Assembly (NCBI RefSeq): GCF_009914755.1
Contig: NC_060927.1
From: the human T2T-CHM13v2.0 reference genome, Homo sapiens
Strand: one strand, 5' to 3'
Length of the DNA stretch: 64,000 nucleotides
How positions within the stretch are numbered: the first letter of the stretch is position 1; the number at the start of each line of letters is the position of its first letter. The position numbers and the translations under genes were made by a program. Shown one piece after another: positions 1-14,020 of this stretch. The notes under the pieces are model-generated. The model saw only the letters and a list, made by a program, of their open reading frames with translations. It made no database searches and had not been told where the DNA came from.

Positions 1-3000
1 AAGCCCCCAGTAACTAACCCAAGACAGATGCCTGCTGGGCCCCTAGCAGACTGGAAGAGAAGAAAGTTTGGGTCTCCTTCCAGGCTGCAGTACAGGGAGA
101 GCCTTTTAAATAAAAAGCAATTGTCAATCCACATAGAAAGCACATACATCTTTCTGGAAACATAGAGTTAGAAAATTCTTCACCCTGTGGAACTTAGGCC
201 TGAACTCTGTCTGTCCCTCGGGTCTTTTTTAGATGAGCAATTTCCTCAGACACAGGAGATCTACCACCTGGAACCTCTTCTGATGTTCTGGAGTTTCAAG
301 GTAGAATACACTTTTTGAGGATTTATGCCAAGGAAGAAAGTCTGGAGAGAACTTTTCTAGATTAATATCCACAGAGGCCTCCCTCCCTGGTGTTCAACAG
401 AAATTCCTTCTTGTCACTCAATTCCTCACAGGGGTCATACTTTCCCATCAGTAACTTCCTCAAAACAGGTGTAAGACATCAAATGAAAAACATAATAGTT
501 CCAGCAGAAGAGATAGAAAGAGAGAAACTCCAAGTTTCGAGAGAGAGAGAATAGAGTAGTTTTATGATACATTCACTTAAAAGAGAACCCCAGGATTTTC
601 CATAGAAGTCAGCACGACTAGGGGTGAATGTAAGGAAGAAATACTGAGATTCTACTGTGTAACAGGCACCCTACATGCATTACCTCCTATCACTTTCGCA
701 AAGATAATGAGGTGTCATCACTCTCGTTTTGGTGATGAAGACATGGAGTTCAAAAAATTTGAATTCAAGAGAAAATGAGTCTGGGTTTCTGATCCCAGGG
801 AGCTGCCCTATCAGCCCCGTGCTGCTTACACTGAAACATCTATCTCATTTAAGCTGCTGTTATTTTGGGTCTCTCTATGACAGTAACTGAAATCTATAAC
901 CTAACTAATATAACCAGATTCTATATCCAAAATTACCAGGATAAATACAACATTTAAATACCATCATTAGGAGATTTCATATCATTTTTCTGAGTGCTTT
1001 CTTTGATGGTGTTGCATGTGAATACAAACGTGAGTGAGCACTGCTGGGACCGTGGTGCTTCTCTGCATTCCCCCATTACCCGCTAACGCCAATAATGGCA
1101 TCTGTCAAGCTCTTTCATAAGTATGGTGTACAGAGAAATGTCCTGACAGATTTGGCGGGATCAGGCTAAATCCATCCAAGAAGAAAATGTCATTTCAATT
1201 TTTATAATAGATTTTTGAAGAAACATATCATATTACTATCCTTCTTTATGAAAACTTATATTGCAAAAGATGAACTACTAAGCCAAGGGAGATCAATAAA
1301 TGTGCCGGTGTGGTTCATCTCAACTCCAGTTTTCTCCAATTCTATCTCATTGTATACCGTTTTTATAAGAAGAAACAGTCAACGTTTTACATTTTAGCTT
1401 AAGATCTAATCCCCTAATCTCTTAAGAAATATGGATACAGTGACAACTTACTCCAGATCTTCCAGGGCCAACCCAATTTCAAATGCTTTTTAATTGTCAT
1501 CATTAGGTCCTAGTCTATGATTCAGCCCTGTGTCAAAGACTGCATTCTTGTTTTTTCCATTTAAAATAATGAAACATAGACTCCTTTAATCTGAAAATCA
1601 CCTATCTCACACTTTTCCTGGAATAGATTTGATTCGGACAACTTGAACCCTTCCCAAATCTTCCCGCTCCCAATTCTGCCTGCCTCGCTCTCATTCCCAA
1701 GGTCCCTGATTAATTTCCTTATGTCACATTTCTATTATTTACCTAAGCATTATTATTACAGTAATTACAGTGGCTAGGTTTTTCTTTTGTAGATATATAC
1801 ATTTATATGCATCTGTCTCCAGGCCTAGACTGAATTCTTTGAAAACAGTGACCCACTGCATTTGCTTTTGTATCAATATGCCTAACATATAGGCTGGCAC
1901 ACGATATATGTTCAATAACTTCATGTTTTAAGTTAGCAAAAATAAATAAATATGGTTTTGCTCTTTTGCTCATAGGTAAGTACAGAAGTGGGATTTCTGG
2001 GCACTGTAGAGAATGCTGAGTCTGTTTAAGATGTGTCACCCAGGCATATGAGTGGCTTGGGAGAGCTGAGGGAAGAAAGGGATTGTGCTAATGGGGGAGA
2101 TGAAAAGAAGCCAACAGCAAATGTTACCTTCTTCCAATTTTGTCTAAAGCTCATCTTGTCCACAGCAATCACACAAAGCTAAATTTAATAGCTAGAAGTG
2201 AGGTCAAGGGCCAGGGGCAGACTTGGTTGAATTAGAAATTAAATAAATTCTCAACTTGAAGGATGAAGAATAAATGCTCTACTGCTACACTCTAAAAACA
2301 TCCCCAAGAAAAATATGTTCCATTAATCTAAAGAACCAGAAACATAGTTCAAGAGATATTGCCTCCCCATTCTATAAGAGCTAATTGCTAGATATTCTTG
2401 TTGGCCAATAATGTGGGATGTGATCACAGTTCTTTTCTGGGCAAGTGTTTTCATGGGGCTTGCATAGTGAACTGGGGCCTGTAAACGGAGTACTTAGAAA
2501 TTAAATTAGGCAAGATTTCAGGGGTACTCAAATAGGCTCATTTTTAAGTTTTATTTTAGCTAGCAGAGTGGATGCAGAGGAGGGGAATTTAGCTTCAAGT
2601 GACATGAGCAAGAGCTTGGATCTGGGCCCTGAAACCGTAGTCACTTCCTGTAGCACTCATATCCATGGATCTGAACACATCTTCTACCAAGCAGACAAAA
2701 CCCACCCCAAAAAGTTATTTTTCCCGAGTTCAAAAGAGGTCTGCAGTTTGCATATTTCTTGATTTATTTGAGAAATCCGGATGCTTCTTCCCCCAAGTTC
2801 TGATTTTTGATCTGCGATTTTTATTTTTGCCTCGGTTGATAAAAGATAGTACATCCTTTCTTGGCACCCCCAACTTAGTCACCAGAAGCAGATGGCTGTG
2901 AACATGTGATCAAACTTATTTTTTTAATGATTTTTTTTTTACAAAGCCAATATATCAATACATGAAAGCAGGCAGCCTGTCAGCCTAAAATAATAAGCAC

Positions 3001-3982
3001 TACAAAAACCTCCTGTGTTTGAAGTGAAAACTTTTTCTCTCGTGTACTCCCTTCGCCTCTAAATGCTCAGCTGCTCCACGCAAGCTGTAAAAGTCCCCCT
3101 TCCTTTGTTCACACTGTTCATTAACTGAGGGCATAACTGCTTCTGATTCTGCTCTCATATAAAGCACCAGCACTTCACACTGGCAGTCTGATGTGCACAG
3201 ATTATAGATTGGGGCTTTACGACTCCATGTGTAGTCACCACTGTTCTCTTTTGCTTTAAAGTAACTACTATCAGCTACCCATGATTATCCAAGTTCCTCT
3301 TGATGCTGTTACCCACTCAGCTTAATTAAGTCATTTGTTGGTATAAATAAGGTTTTGGTTTAACTGAGCTCAGCACAAGGAAAAGTGTGTTAAAGTTCTT
3401 TAGTTGCAAACAACAAAAATACAACTAGAACAACTCAAGCTCCCAAGAGAGGGGACTTTAGTGTGATACTGTGCAGAGTCTCAAAGGTCTGGAGGACCTG
3501 AAGGTAGAAAGACACATGACCTTAGGAAGTGAAAGAGCCTGAGAATTACAAAACTAAAAGGAAGCATTCAGCCAAGGCATCTTCTACATTCTCTCTCCAC
3601 AAACCAGCCTTGTCTGTTTCTCAGAACCTGCAGGCTCAGCCAAGAGACAGACTCTTTCCGTTTCAATCCCAAATGCCCAGGAGATTGGCTAGTTTGAGTC
3701 TGATATCCAGCTTTGGGTCTTGCTGGCCAGAGCCAGAGATGGTATCACACAAAATAACCATGATGGCTAGAGGACCAAGTTTTATGGTTGAAGCCATTCC
3801 TGGGAAAATATGGAGTCATGGTCTCACTAGCTGATCAGACACCTCCAAGAGTCCCACAAAGAACACTACCAAAAAAAAAAAAAAGCCAGTTGTATCAAAA
3901 TATCACAGGTACTCCATAAATATGCATAACTGTTCTGTATCCAAAACAATTAAACACAAAAAGTCAAAAAGGAAAGACTACC

Positions 3983-4403
<421 letters not shown>

Positions 4404-4872
4404 TTAATTAATACATTTTGAGTTTGGACAGGTGCAAACATCTATGATACCATCATCTTAATCAAGATATTAAACATATCCATCATCTTTAAAAGTTAAA
4501 AGAAAACACCAAAATATGCAAACATTCTGTAATCCAATTGAAGGTGAACAGTAGCAAGTTTGGTAACTGGGGAGAAAAATAAGGAATGCTTTAAGCAAGT
4601 TTTCCCCATCATTCTGAAAGGGAATGACCACCATTTTCAGCTTGTCACTGAGAAATAATGAAGATTTTGGACAGCTTTCTATTTCTTCTTGGACCTTATT
4701 TTCATAATGTAAATAGATTTGTTATTTGATTCGAAATATTGTAGTTTTCCTCAGTGTAAAACAAACCCGTAATTTAATAGAAGTCTCAAAATTCATTTAA
4801 AGCCTAATAGACACTATTTATGAAAGTGTGTTGTTAGATTTTTATTTCCTTCAAATGTCAAAGAACTGAAGT

Positions 4873-5216
<344 letters not shown>

Positions 5217-6329
5217 TCAATTTGTAAAAGTAATAAAGATAGCATTTTTGAGATTCTTTTTCCCCAGTAGATCATTTTTTTCCTACACCTTTTTCTCTCC
5301 AAGAAGCATGGCAGTTCTAAGCTTGTTACTTCAGAAAAGGGACAAGCCTTGATGGAAATCTGAAACAACGTTTTCTGGCTTGGGTTTCCAAAATCCTTGG
5401 CCACGCTGAGGGATGAGGAGATGACAGATGGAGACCATCTTCAGCACAGGCAGAAATATGGTAGAGAAATTCCAGGGCTGAGAATAAGGGAGGAGTCGGG
5501 GAAGGCCGTTGTGTAGCCTGGGGTTTCCCTCACAGTTAGAAGATTCGTCTTGGCTGGATAAGAGGGAGAAATCTAGGAGACAAATTAAGTATTTATAAAA
5601 CAGTTCTGTAAAGTGTGGCCTGTAGGCTTTTTCCTGGTAAGAGCCCCCAGGAGACAGCAAAACCTCAGATAGATTTGTCGGGTCAAGGGATGGGTCCCTG
5701 ATCTCTGCTTTTCATGTGGATGGAACTGTCTAGGAATGTGGCACAGACTACACAATGACCATGCTCCATGCAGAAACCCAGGGAGAGTCATAAGCAGCTA
5801 GGCAGGCAGAACTTTGGTCATCCCTGGCCCTAGTGAGCTCACTATCGCACAGAAGCAGTTGGATGATTCTCATGCTCCAAAATACGATTCCTAAAGCAAG
5901 CCATTGACGTAACATCTCAGAGGTTATTTGCATGGATTGACTCCTGGGACAAAAGGACCAAAAACACTCTTCTGTGGATATCTGTGCAGATAGATGACCC
6001 AAAGATCAGATGCTACCCAGATGTGTTTTGATAATACATAAGCCCCTAGGATTTAGATACAATCTTGAAAGAAACTGAGACAGATAATTCTGAATTAAAT
6101 GAGGTAAAGTTTCAGGCACTCAGCTGATTGGAGGCTCAAAATAGAATTAAGTTGCATTATAGAAAAATAAAGTTAAATTTCAAACACTTGAATTTCTAAA
6201 CTGAGATAGGCATCCACTAAGTAAATATGTAGGAAAACACAAGAAACAATTTCAGCAGACCCCCTAAAAGGCCATTCAATGCCATTCAGTATTATGAGAG
6301 GTTTTTAAGATTTTTCAGCAAGTATTCCC

Positions 6330-6690
6330 TTTTTCTTGCCCACCTCTTTTGGAGCTAGTATATTTCTCCTGCCTCATTGATGTGGGACATGAATAATGGA
6401 ATGTTGGAGGACATGACGCAAATAGAGGCAGAGGCATTTAAAAATATTGTTGCCCATTTTGGCTTGATCTATTATGCTTTTGGTCTTCATAATGAAAAGA
6501 ACATGCCCCAGATACCACTTGTTCATGACTGAGGAGATGCACAAAGCAGACCAGAATTCAACACATAACACAAAGCAGAATCATTCCTCCTGACCCCCAG
6601 TCCATGAATAAGAAATAAATGTTTGTCATTATAAGCTGAGACTTTGGGTTGTTGTTATAGATCTTATTACAGTAATAACTGGCTAATACC
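6330..6690 (+). mobile_element. MLT1-family MaLR LTR (old)
   Basis: 3' end AATAAATGTTTGTCATTATAAGCTGAGACTTTGGGTTGTTGTTATAG...CTGGCTAATAC is typical of MLT1; boundaries approximate. Confidence 0.65.
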
Positions 6691-8356
6691 TATGAAAAAC
6701 TGTAGCACTAGGAGATCAGCAGCTGCTCTAATGATGCAACCAAATCTTGAGTGCTTATGTGCTCCGAAGTATGTGTTCCCTGATTCCTTCTTTAACATTC
6801 TGCCATTATGTTTGGAGTGCGTATCGATGGTATTCTCTACCCAGAATTTCTCTCCCTTCTTTGGTGGAAGTGTACTCTCTTTCTCTTGGAAATCTGTTCT
6901 TTGTCTCCCTTGCAAACCGTGTAGTTCTACTGAAGACTGACAATCATAGTACACAGTGAGCACACTGATTAGTCCAGTGTTGGTTAGGTGATCTAAGCAG
7001 GACCAATTAGAGCCTTCCCTAGGATTTTTTTAGCGTTGGAGCTGCAGGGGACCATGCCCCCTCTCTTTTCATGCACAATGCCTGTTGACAATAAGAGAGA
7101 ATGAAGCAAACATGGGGGAAGCATGGGTATAAGACAAAGACAGAAATTTCTAATTTCTGGGTGGGTTTTATTCCTGCTTCTCATCCTACCTAACCACATA
7201 CCTAATCTTCCTGGTTATATTAGCCAAAAAATTCTTTTTGTTTTGTTTTGTTTTGTCCAAGCAAATTCAAATTGGGTTTTTGTTCCTTAAAACCAAGAAT
7301 GTTGACAAAATTTTTTTGCTTTTGCTTCTACTGCTGCAGTCATTGTCAACTCTCTTCATATTCCCATCACAGCTTCCACACTTAGGGCCATCCCTTGGTT
7401 TCCTCTCTGCTTTCATGCGTCTTTCTCTTGCTGTCATGTATGATCCAACATCCATGTTGGAGTCCTTCATACTCCAACACCCCAAGAGAAATTAGTCACG
7501 AACCAGGATAGATTCAGACCACCTCAAAGACTGCTGATGTTTGGCTATCATTGAACCTGGAATTCGTTGCTATTCCAATCAGACATGGTTTGGGTGGAGA
7601 GGGCAGTGTGGTACAAATCACAGTGTCTCATGACTAAAGGACTCTGCAGAGAGGGATTATGGGCTTGGCAGGCACTCTGGGGCTCCTCAGAAAGGAACAG
7701 CAAAACAAGCCTGTTCTTTTTTGGTCTGTCCTCTTCAAATTGCTGCTCTTGTTGATCCACATTATTGCTCCCTGTCCAACTGTATGTACAGTGAAGGGTT
7801 GGCTGGAAATGAAAGCAGAAACAGGTTTCTATTAGAGGATAATATGGAATGGGAAGATTTTTTTAAAAAAAAAATAGGTCTGTGAGTTCCAACAATGCAA
7901 CTAAGAGAGAAAGATCTTTTTAGCCCCACTTTTTCATGTTGCTAAGATCTTCTTGGTTCCATTTACTGCTCTCTGATGTAAATGAATTTTCATCTGATGT
8001 TTCACTTCTAATATCTTCTCCCAAATAAAAAGCTGGAGAGTAGATCATTCATTCATTTATTCAACAAATATTTATTTATTAGTGAAGCATAATTCACTTT
8101 GGATATTCAACTATTTCCAAATTTGTTAATGATTATTTAACCAATCATATCTTTTTTCTCCAACATTTTATACTGAAAAATATCAAAATCACAGAAAAGT
8201 TGCAAGAATAATCAAATGAACAACTATATCCTCCTAATTTAGATTCATCATTTAACTTTTATTGATTGGAATGTTACTTACACTGTATCAGGTTGAGGTC
8301 ATGAAAAAAAAAAAAAAATGCCCTTGAGGAGCTCTAGTTCAAGGCTTCCAAGTGAA

Positions 8357-8647
8357 GGCCAGTCACGGTGGCTGATGCCTGTAATCCCAGCATTTTAGGA
8401 GGCTGAGATGGGGGATCGCTTGAGCTGAGGAGTTGGAGACTAGCCTGGGTAACATGATGAAAATCTGTCTCTACAAAAAGTACAGAATCTTAACCTAGCA
8501 TACTGGTGTGCACATGTAGTCCCAGCTATTTGGGAGACTGATGTGGGAGATTGCTTGAGCCTGGGAGGTTAAGGCTGCAGTGAGCTGCAATCACAGCACT
8601 ACACTCTAGCCTGGGTGACCAAGTGACACCCAGTCTCAAAAAAAAAA
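8357..8647 (+). mobile_element. Alu (AluJ-type)
   Basis: Diverged Alu with J-like GCTTGAGC...AGGAGTT and TTAAGGCTGCAGTGAGC segments. Confidence 0.88.
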
Positions 8648-9092
<445 letters not shown>

Positions 9093-11215
9093 TAGAAGAG
9101 AGAGAACAAAGAAAGAGGAGCACTATGAAAGCCTAAATTAAAGATATAAAAATGTTCTGTGAAAACAGCAAGATTGGAAGTTTCATGCAAGGCTAATCGA
9201 AATTTCTCAGATGGGGCTGGATATGAGGAGTGGGTGGTGGCAGCTGTTCTTAGGTGTGGTTCTAGAAACCTCCATTTATTCACTCTCCTATCCTTCTCTC
9301 ACCAAAAGTATATAATAATGGGTTTGTACCGGAAACTCGACTCCCAGAGCTCTTGGTAATTTCTAGACCACTGATCAAGAAATGTTCTCACTTATACAAA
9401 GGGGTTAATATTTTCCCATATCTATTTCACAGGGTTGTAATATGAATCAAAGAAGAGAAAGCTTGTGAACATCCTTTGTTGTCTGGCAAGTGGTTTATAC
9501 ACATAGAATAATTATTATCATCCTCAGTCGATCCATTTTCACATTCACACCATCCACATGTGTCTGGGTGCTACTTCCTCCACAGCTTTGTCACAGAATG
9601 TGTGAAACAGCACAGAGTACATGCAAAGCTTTTATTAACCTCACTTGGGATGATGCTGGCAACTAATAGTCATGCAATAAACTTTTATTGGATAATTAAC
9701 TGATATACTTTTTCCGATTACATTAATCTCTTCAAAGATGAAATAAAGTTGTTTGACATATTTCTGGTCTTGGACCATTTCCCCTACTAAATATATGATC
9801 TCACAATAACATGGAAATATTGATTCTCAAAGAAGAGATAAACTCACCCTGAGCAACACAATCTGGGGTGAGTTACCTGAAATTTCCTTATGTCATACGT
9901 AGAGGGGCAGAGCTCCTTATAAACCATTAACTTGTAGATCATATATTCCTCTTTGCTTTGTTTCTTAGTTCCTCAAGTCTCACAACATGGATGGAGAAAT
10001 CCGATTAGGTCCAACTATTTTCTTGAGCTGGGCAAGCTCTTCCTAGTGACAGTAGCTGCTACTGTATCTTGCCCCACAGCATTTCAGAGTAAACCTGTCA
10101 TCAAGAAGCCTGCGTGGGATGTCTAACTGGTTTGCCTGACTTTTTTTGTTTCTTGTTAAGTATCCTCAGAAGGGGACACACATTGGAAGCCTGCTGTGTA
10201 TAATTAAGAGATAATTGTAGTCGTCTCAGCATTTTGTGCTGCTATACCATTAGCTTATTTGCAGTGATGCCTAAATGTAGTTAGGATGACGATTTTGAAA
10301 ATGAATATAGAATACATTTTGAAGGATGAAATGTGTGATAATTTGAAGGAGCACTTTACCTTTTTTTGCTAAGATATGCCACATTTTAGCTTGATGTTTT
10401 TAAATTAAGCTTGATGTTTTTAAATTAAGCTGACTTGCTGTGGTTTCCAAGAGTGATCACATATTTTGCCCTACTGTGTACAGCCGTGGAGATTTTAACT
10501 TTATATACCATAACTTTTCTTCCTCAGAGATGTGTAATGCAATCTTTGGACACCTGAATATGATTAAATGCTTCTTGGACAGTGAATAATGATTCCCAAT
10601 GAATTTTGGTGCAAGGCTATTCAATTTTATTAATGTTAGCTAGATGAAGAAATTGTCTGGTATTATCTTGTGTGTGACTTTTCACTATTCTACCATATAA
10701 TGAATGCTAGTGAGTTATTATGGGGGAGAAAATTTCCTAAAACAACATAATGAAAAAATTATTCATTTCACTGAATAGGATAAGTCAAAGAATAAAGGTC
10801 AAATTTTCGGAACTTACCTAAAGTAAAATAATGCACATAAATTCTGTTTCATTATTGTTTTCTCCATTGGACTTTATGCTGTTCAATGTTCACACATAGA
10901 GTTCATTGAACTCTATGCTGTTATGTTTGAGTTGGTCTCTTTCCAATAAGGTCTATAAAGGTCTCTAGCCAGTTCTAAATTGTGAGACTAAGCTGTGCAT
11001 GCAAACCTATATACACCCCTGATGTGCATTTAGCCAAATTGTGTTGCTGTCTAATGGAACCACACAGAGGTGCCGTGATCGCTTCACTTAAAAGCCTGAT
11101 ATGAGTAGAGGAATATAAAAAATCGACCAGACACCTGAGAAGAAATTCAGTTTGCATTGCACCCAATTGTATAAACTTATCATCCCCTAACAGTGCTCAT
11201 CTGAGTAAGACATTC

Positions 11216-11514
11216 TTTTTTTTTTTTTTTTTTTTGAGACATGGTCTTACTCTGTTGCCCAGGCTGAAGTGCAATGGCACAGCAGCTCACTGCGGCCTGG
11301 ATTTTCTGGGTTCATGCAATACTCCTGCCTCAGCCTGCTGAATAACTAGGACTACAGGTGTATGCCACCACACCCAGTTAATCTTTTAAATTTTTGTAGA
11401 GATGAGGTCCTACTCTGTTGCCCAGGCTGGTCTCAAACTTCTGGCCTCAAGTTATCCTCCTGCCTTGATCTCCCAAAGTGCTGGGATTATGGGCGTGAGC
11501 CACCATGCCTGGCC
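11216..11514 (-). mobile_element. Alu (AluJ-type)
   Basis: Poly(T) followed by reverse Alu; CATTCT flanks both ends. Confidence 0.9.
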
Positions 11515-11899
11515 CATTCTAATTTTTTTTTTTTTTTTTTTTTTAGATTTTAAAGATGACGAAAAATGAGCTAACATCATTCACCTTTTTTTAAGGCAGA
11601 ATTTTATTTGCTCTTTTGCGATAATTATGCCCCTTCATTATGGTAATGGATACCATAAATAGTATAATCTTAGAATTGTCATTATTATCAAACATTTAGG
11701 AAGTCCTCCTTCACAGCATTCATAGATAGTGGTAATTTATAGATTTGATTAGAAACAGCCAGGGTTCTCAATAGTTTATAATCTAAACACAGAGATAATT
11801 CAGAAGAACATAAAAGATACTATCTCTTGAAGCTTAGAGTGGCATAATCTACTCATTCTGTATTTCTCACCTCTTATTGTCTTTCTAAAGTCTCCTATT

Positions 11900-12385
11900 C
11901 TAAATGCATTCTCCTGAAAATCAGTCCCTGAGACAAGAATTTTGGTGCAAGTATTTGGGAGGTGATCACAGGAAGCAAGTGTGAGAGTAAGGCACTGAGA
12001 CAGGAAAGGGAAGAAAACCAATAAAGGGTGTGTTAATTAGCATGTTACTGCTGTGAGCAACAGAGGCTCAATCCTGCTGGGGACTCCCTGAGTGAATGCA
12101 CAGAACACATCTCAGAATTGTGAGAAAATGTGGATATTTATCCTCCAACTCCTGTCCCTACATGGTTGAGAATTGCTAATGGGGCTTTAAATCCCAAGCA
12201 CTGCGAACATCTTCTTCACATAGGCACGGCACAATTCCACAGGCAGAAAAAAAAGTTTTCTGGCAGAGAAATGCAGGCAGGAGGAAGCTGTTTTGCAAGT
12301 ATCGGGACCCTTCACTGAGGCCACAGGGGACCTGGGGGGCAGGGGAGCAAGAAGAGGCGAGTGGGGCATTTACAGCGTCTGTTAC
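11900..12385. mobile_element. ERVL LTR (LTR16-like)
   Basis: CCTGAGACAAGAATTTTGGTGCAAGTATTTGGGAGGTGATC...AATAAAGGGTGTGTT...GGCTCAATCCTGCTGGGGAC resembles the LTR16 family. Confidence 0.55.
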
Positions 12386-13057
12386 ATGTCTTTTTTCATT
12401 GGGGCACAAACTAGTCCTGGCCCAAATCCATCATCAGAATACCTAGGATTCAAATCATTTTTACCACTATTTTAAGATGCCATACTCTTCCCTTGTACTA
12501 AAAATTAGGCAGTGTCTAATTTAGTCTTAAATAATCCATCTTGATTTTAAATAGACCAGACATTAGCACCCATGTCTGGATCATTTTTTATCACAAGTGC
12601 AATACGTTGGTATTTTTTTCTTGTCATATTTTTTTCATAAGGGCAATAGGTACCTAAGAAAAAGAAACTATCCGTCTTATACATGAAGATAATTGTCCCA
12701 AAAGAATCAAAGTGAAATCTGTGCTAACCAAAATACTATATGTTTTAGTGTCACCAATCAATTGCCTATTGTATTTCTGAGGTTCTGTCCATGCCAAACA
12801 GGTTCAATCAAATTCAATTTAATAAGACTGAATTCAATAAAATCTATTTTTAGTGATTGTCTTCATGACAGGAAATAGCCAGTTTGAGGATTTTCCCCAA
12901 TTTGTTAAAAGGCTGTCTGGGGGACCCAAAGATACAGTACATTTTAGATAAAACAGAGGCAAGTCAGTACTGGGGCAAAACCAGCAAACATGCAGCATCA
13001 TCACATCCTTCTGGAAATGAAATAGGGCAAACATGCATAAAATACATAAATACAAAC

Positions 13058-13470
13058 TTTCACTCGCGTCCGTGTGAAGAGAACACCAAACAGGCTTTGT
13101 GTGAGCAATAAAGCTTTTTAATCACCTGGGTGCAGGCGGGCTGAGTCCGAAAAGAGAGTCAGTGAAGGGAGATAAGGGTGGGGCTGTTTTATAAAATTTG
13201 GGTAGGTAAAGGAAAATGACAGTCAAAGGGGGGTTGTTCTCTGGCGGGCAGGAGTGGGGGTCACAAGGTGCTCTGTAGGGGAGCTTTTGAGCCAGGATGA
13301 GCCAGGAGAATGAATTTCACAAGATAATGTCATCAGTTTAGGCAGGAACAGGCCATTTTCACTTCTTTTGCGGTGGAATGTCATCAGTTAAGGCAGGAAT
13401 GGGCCATCTGGATGTGTACATGCAGGTCACAGGGGATATGATGGCTTAGCTTGGGCTCAGAGGCCTGATA
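13058..13470 (-). mobile_element. HERV-H solo LTR (LTR7 family), full length, 413 bp
   Basis: Minus strand begins TATCAGGCCTCTGAGCCCAAGCTAAGCCATCATATCCCCTGTGACCTGCA, has two CCTGCCT(T/A)AACTGATGACATT repeats, and ends TCTTCACACGGACGCGAGTGAAA. 5-bp TSD caaac/aaaac; no internal ERV sequence. Confidence 0.93.
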
Positions 13471-13587
13471 AAAACAGAAACAAATATGGAGATCTTTTGT
13501 AGACATTTAGAAAGACAGGACTATTAGAGTTAGGGCACGTGAAAAAGGTAGAAAAGAAAATGGGCAAATCAGAACAGTGCTGTTTTA

Positions 13588-14020
13588 TCATTTAGGGCTC
13601 CAGCAAAAAACACAAGGCACATTCAAACTGAATAATTTGAGGAGAGTTTAATAAATGGGTAATTTATACAAGTGTGGGCAGGATTAGGGAAACCACAATG
13701 GTTAGTATAGTATTCAGGGCTAGGAACAGCAGAGAGGGGGTTCAGAGTCTGAAAGGGAAAGGAGTGAGAGAAGTTATGAGAAATCAGAATGAGAACTGTG
13801 AGGAGAGGGCTGCCCAGCAGGAGCTGGGTCAGTGTGTAAGCACTGGAGATGCCAGGGGAATAGATATCCTAACCTCATCTGCCAGTGCTTGCCACTGGAC
13901 AAACCCAACCGGAAGCCAGAGGGCAAGTAACCATGTTGGTACAACTCATCAGCTCAGCCACCAGGGACAGAGGGCACAAGAGGTGTGGATATGGAGGACA
14001 ATGATATATCCAGTAACCAC
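13588..14020. mobile_element. Old ERVL-type LTR fragment
   Basis: GGCACATTCAAACTGAATAATTTGAGGAGAGTTTAATAAATGGG...AAGTGTGGGCAGG resembles LTR33-group elements; subfamily uncertain. Confidence 0.4.
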
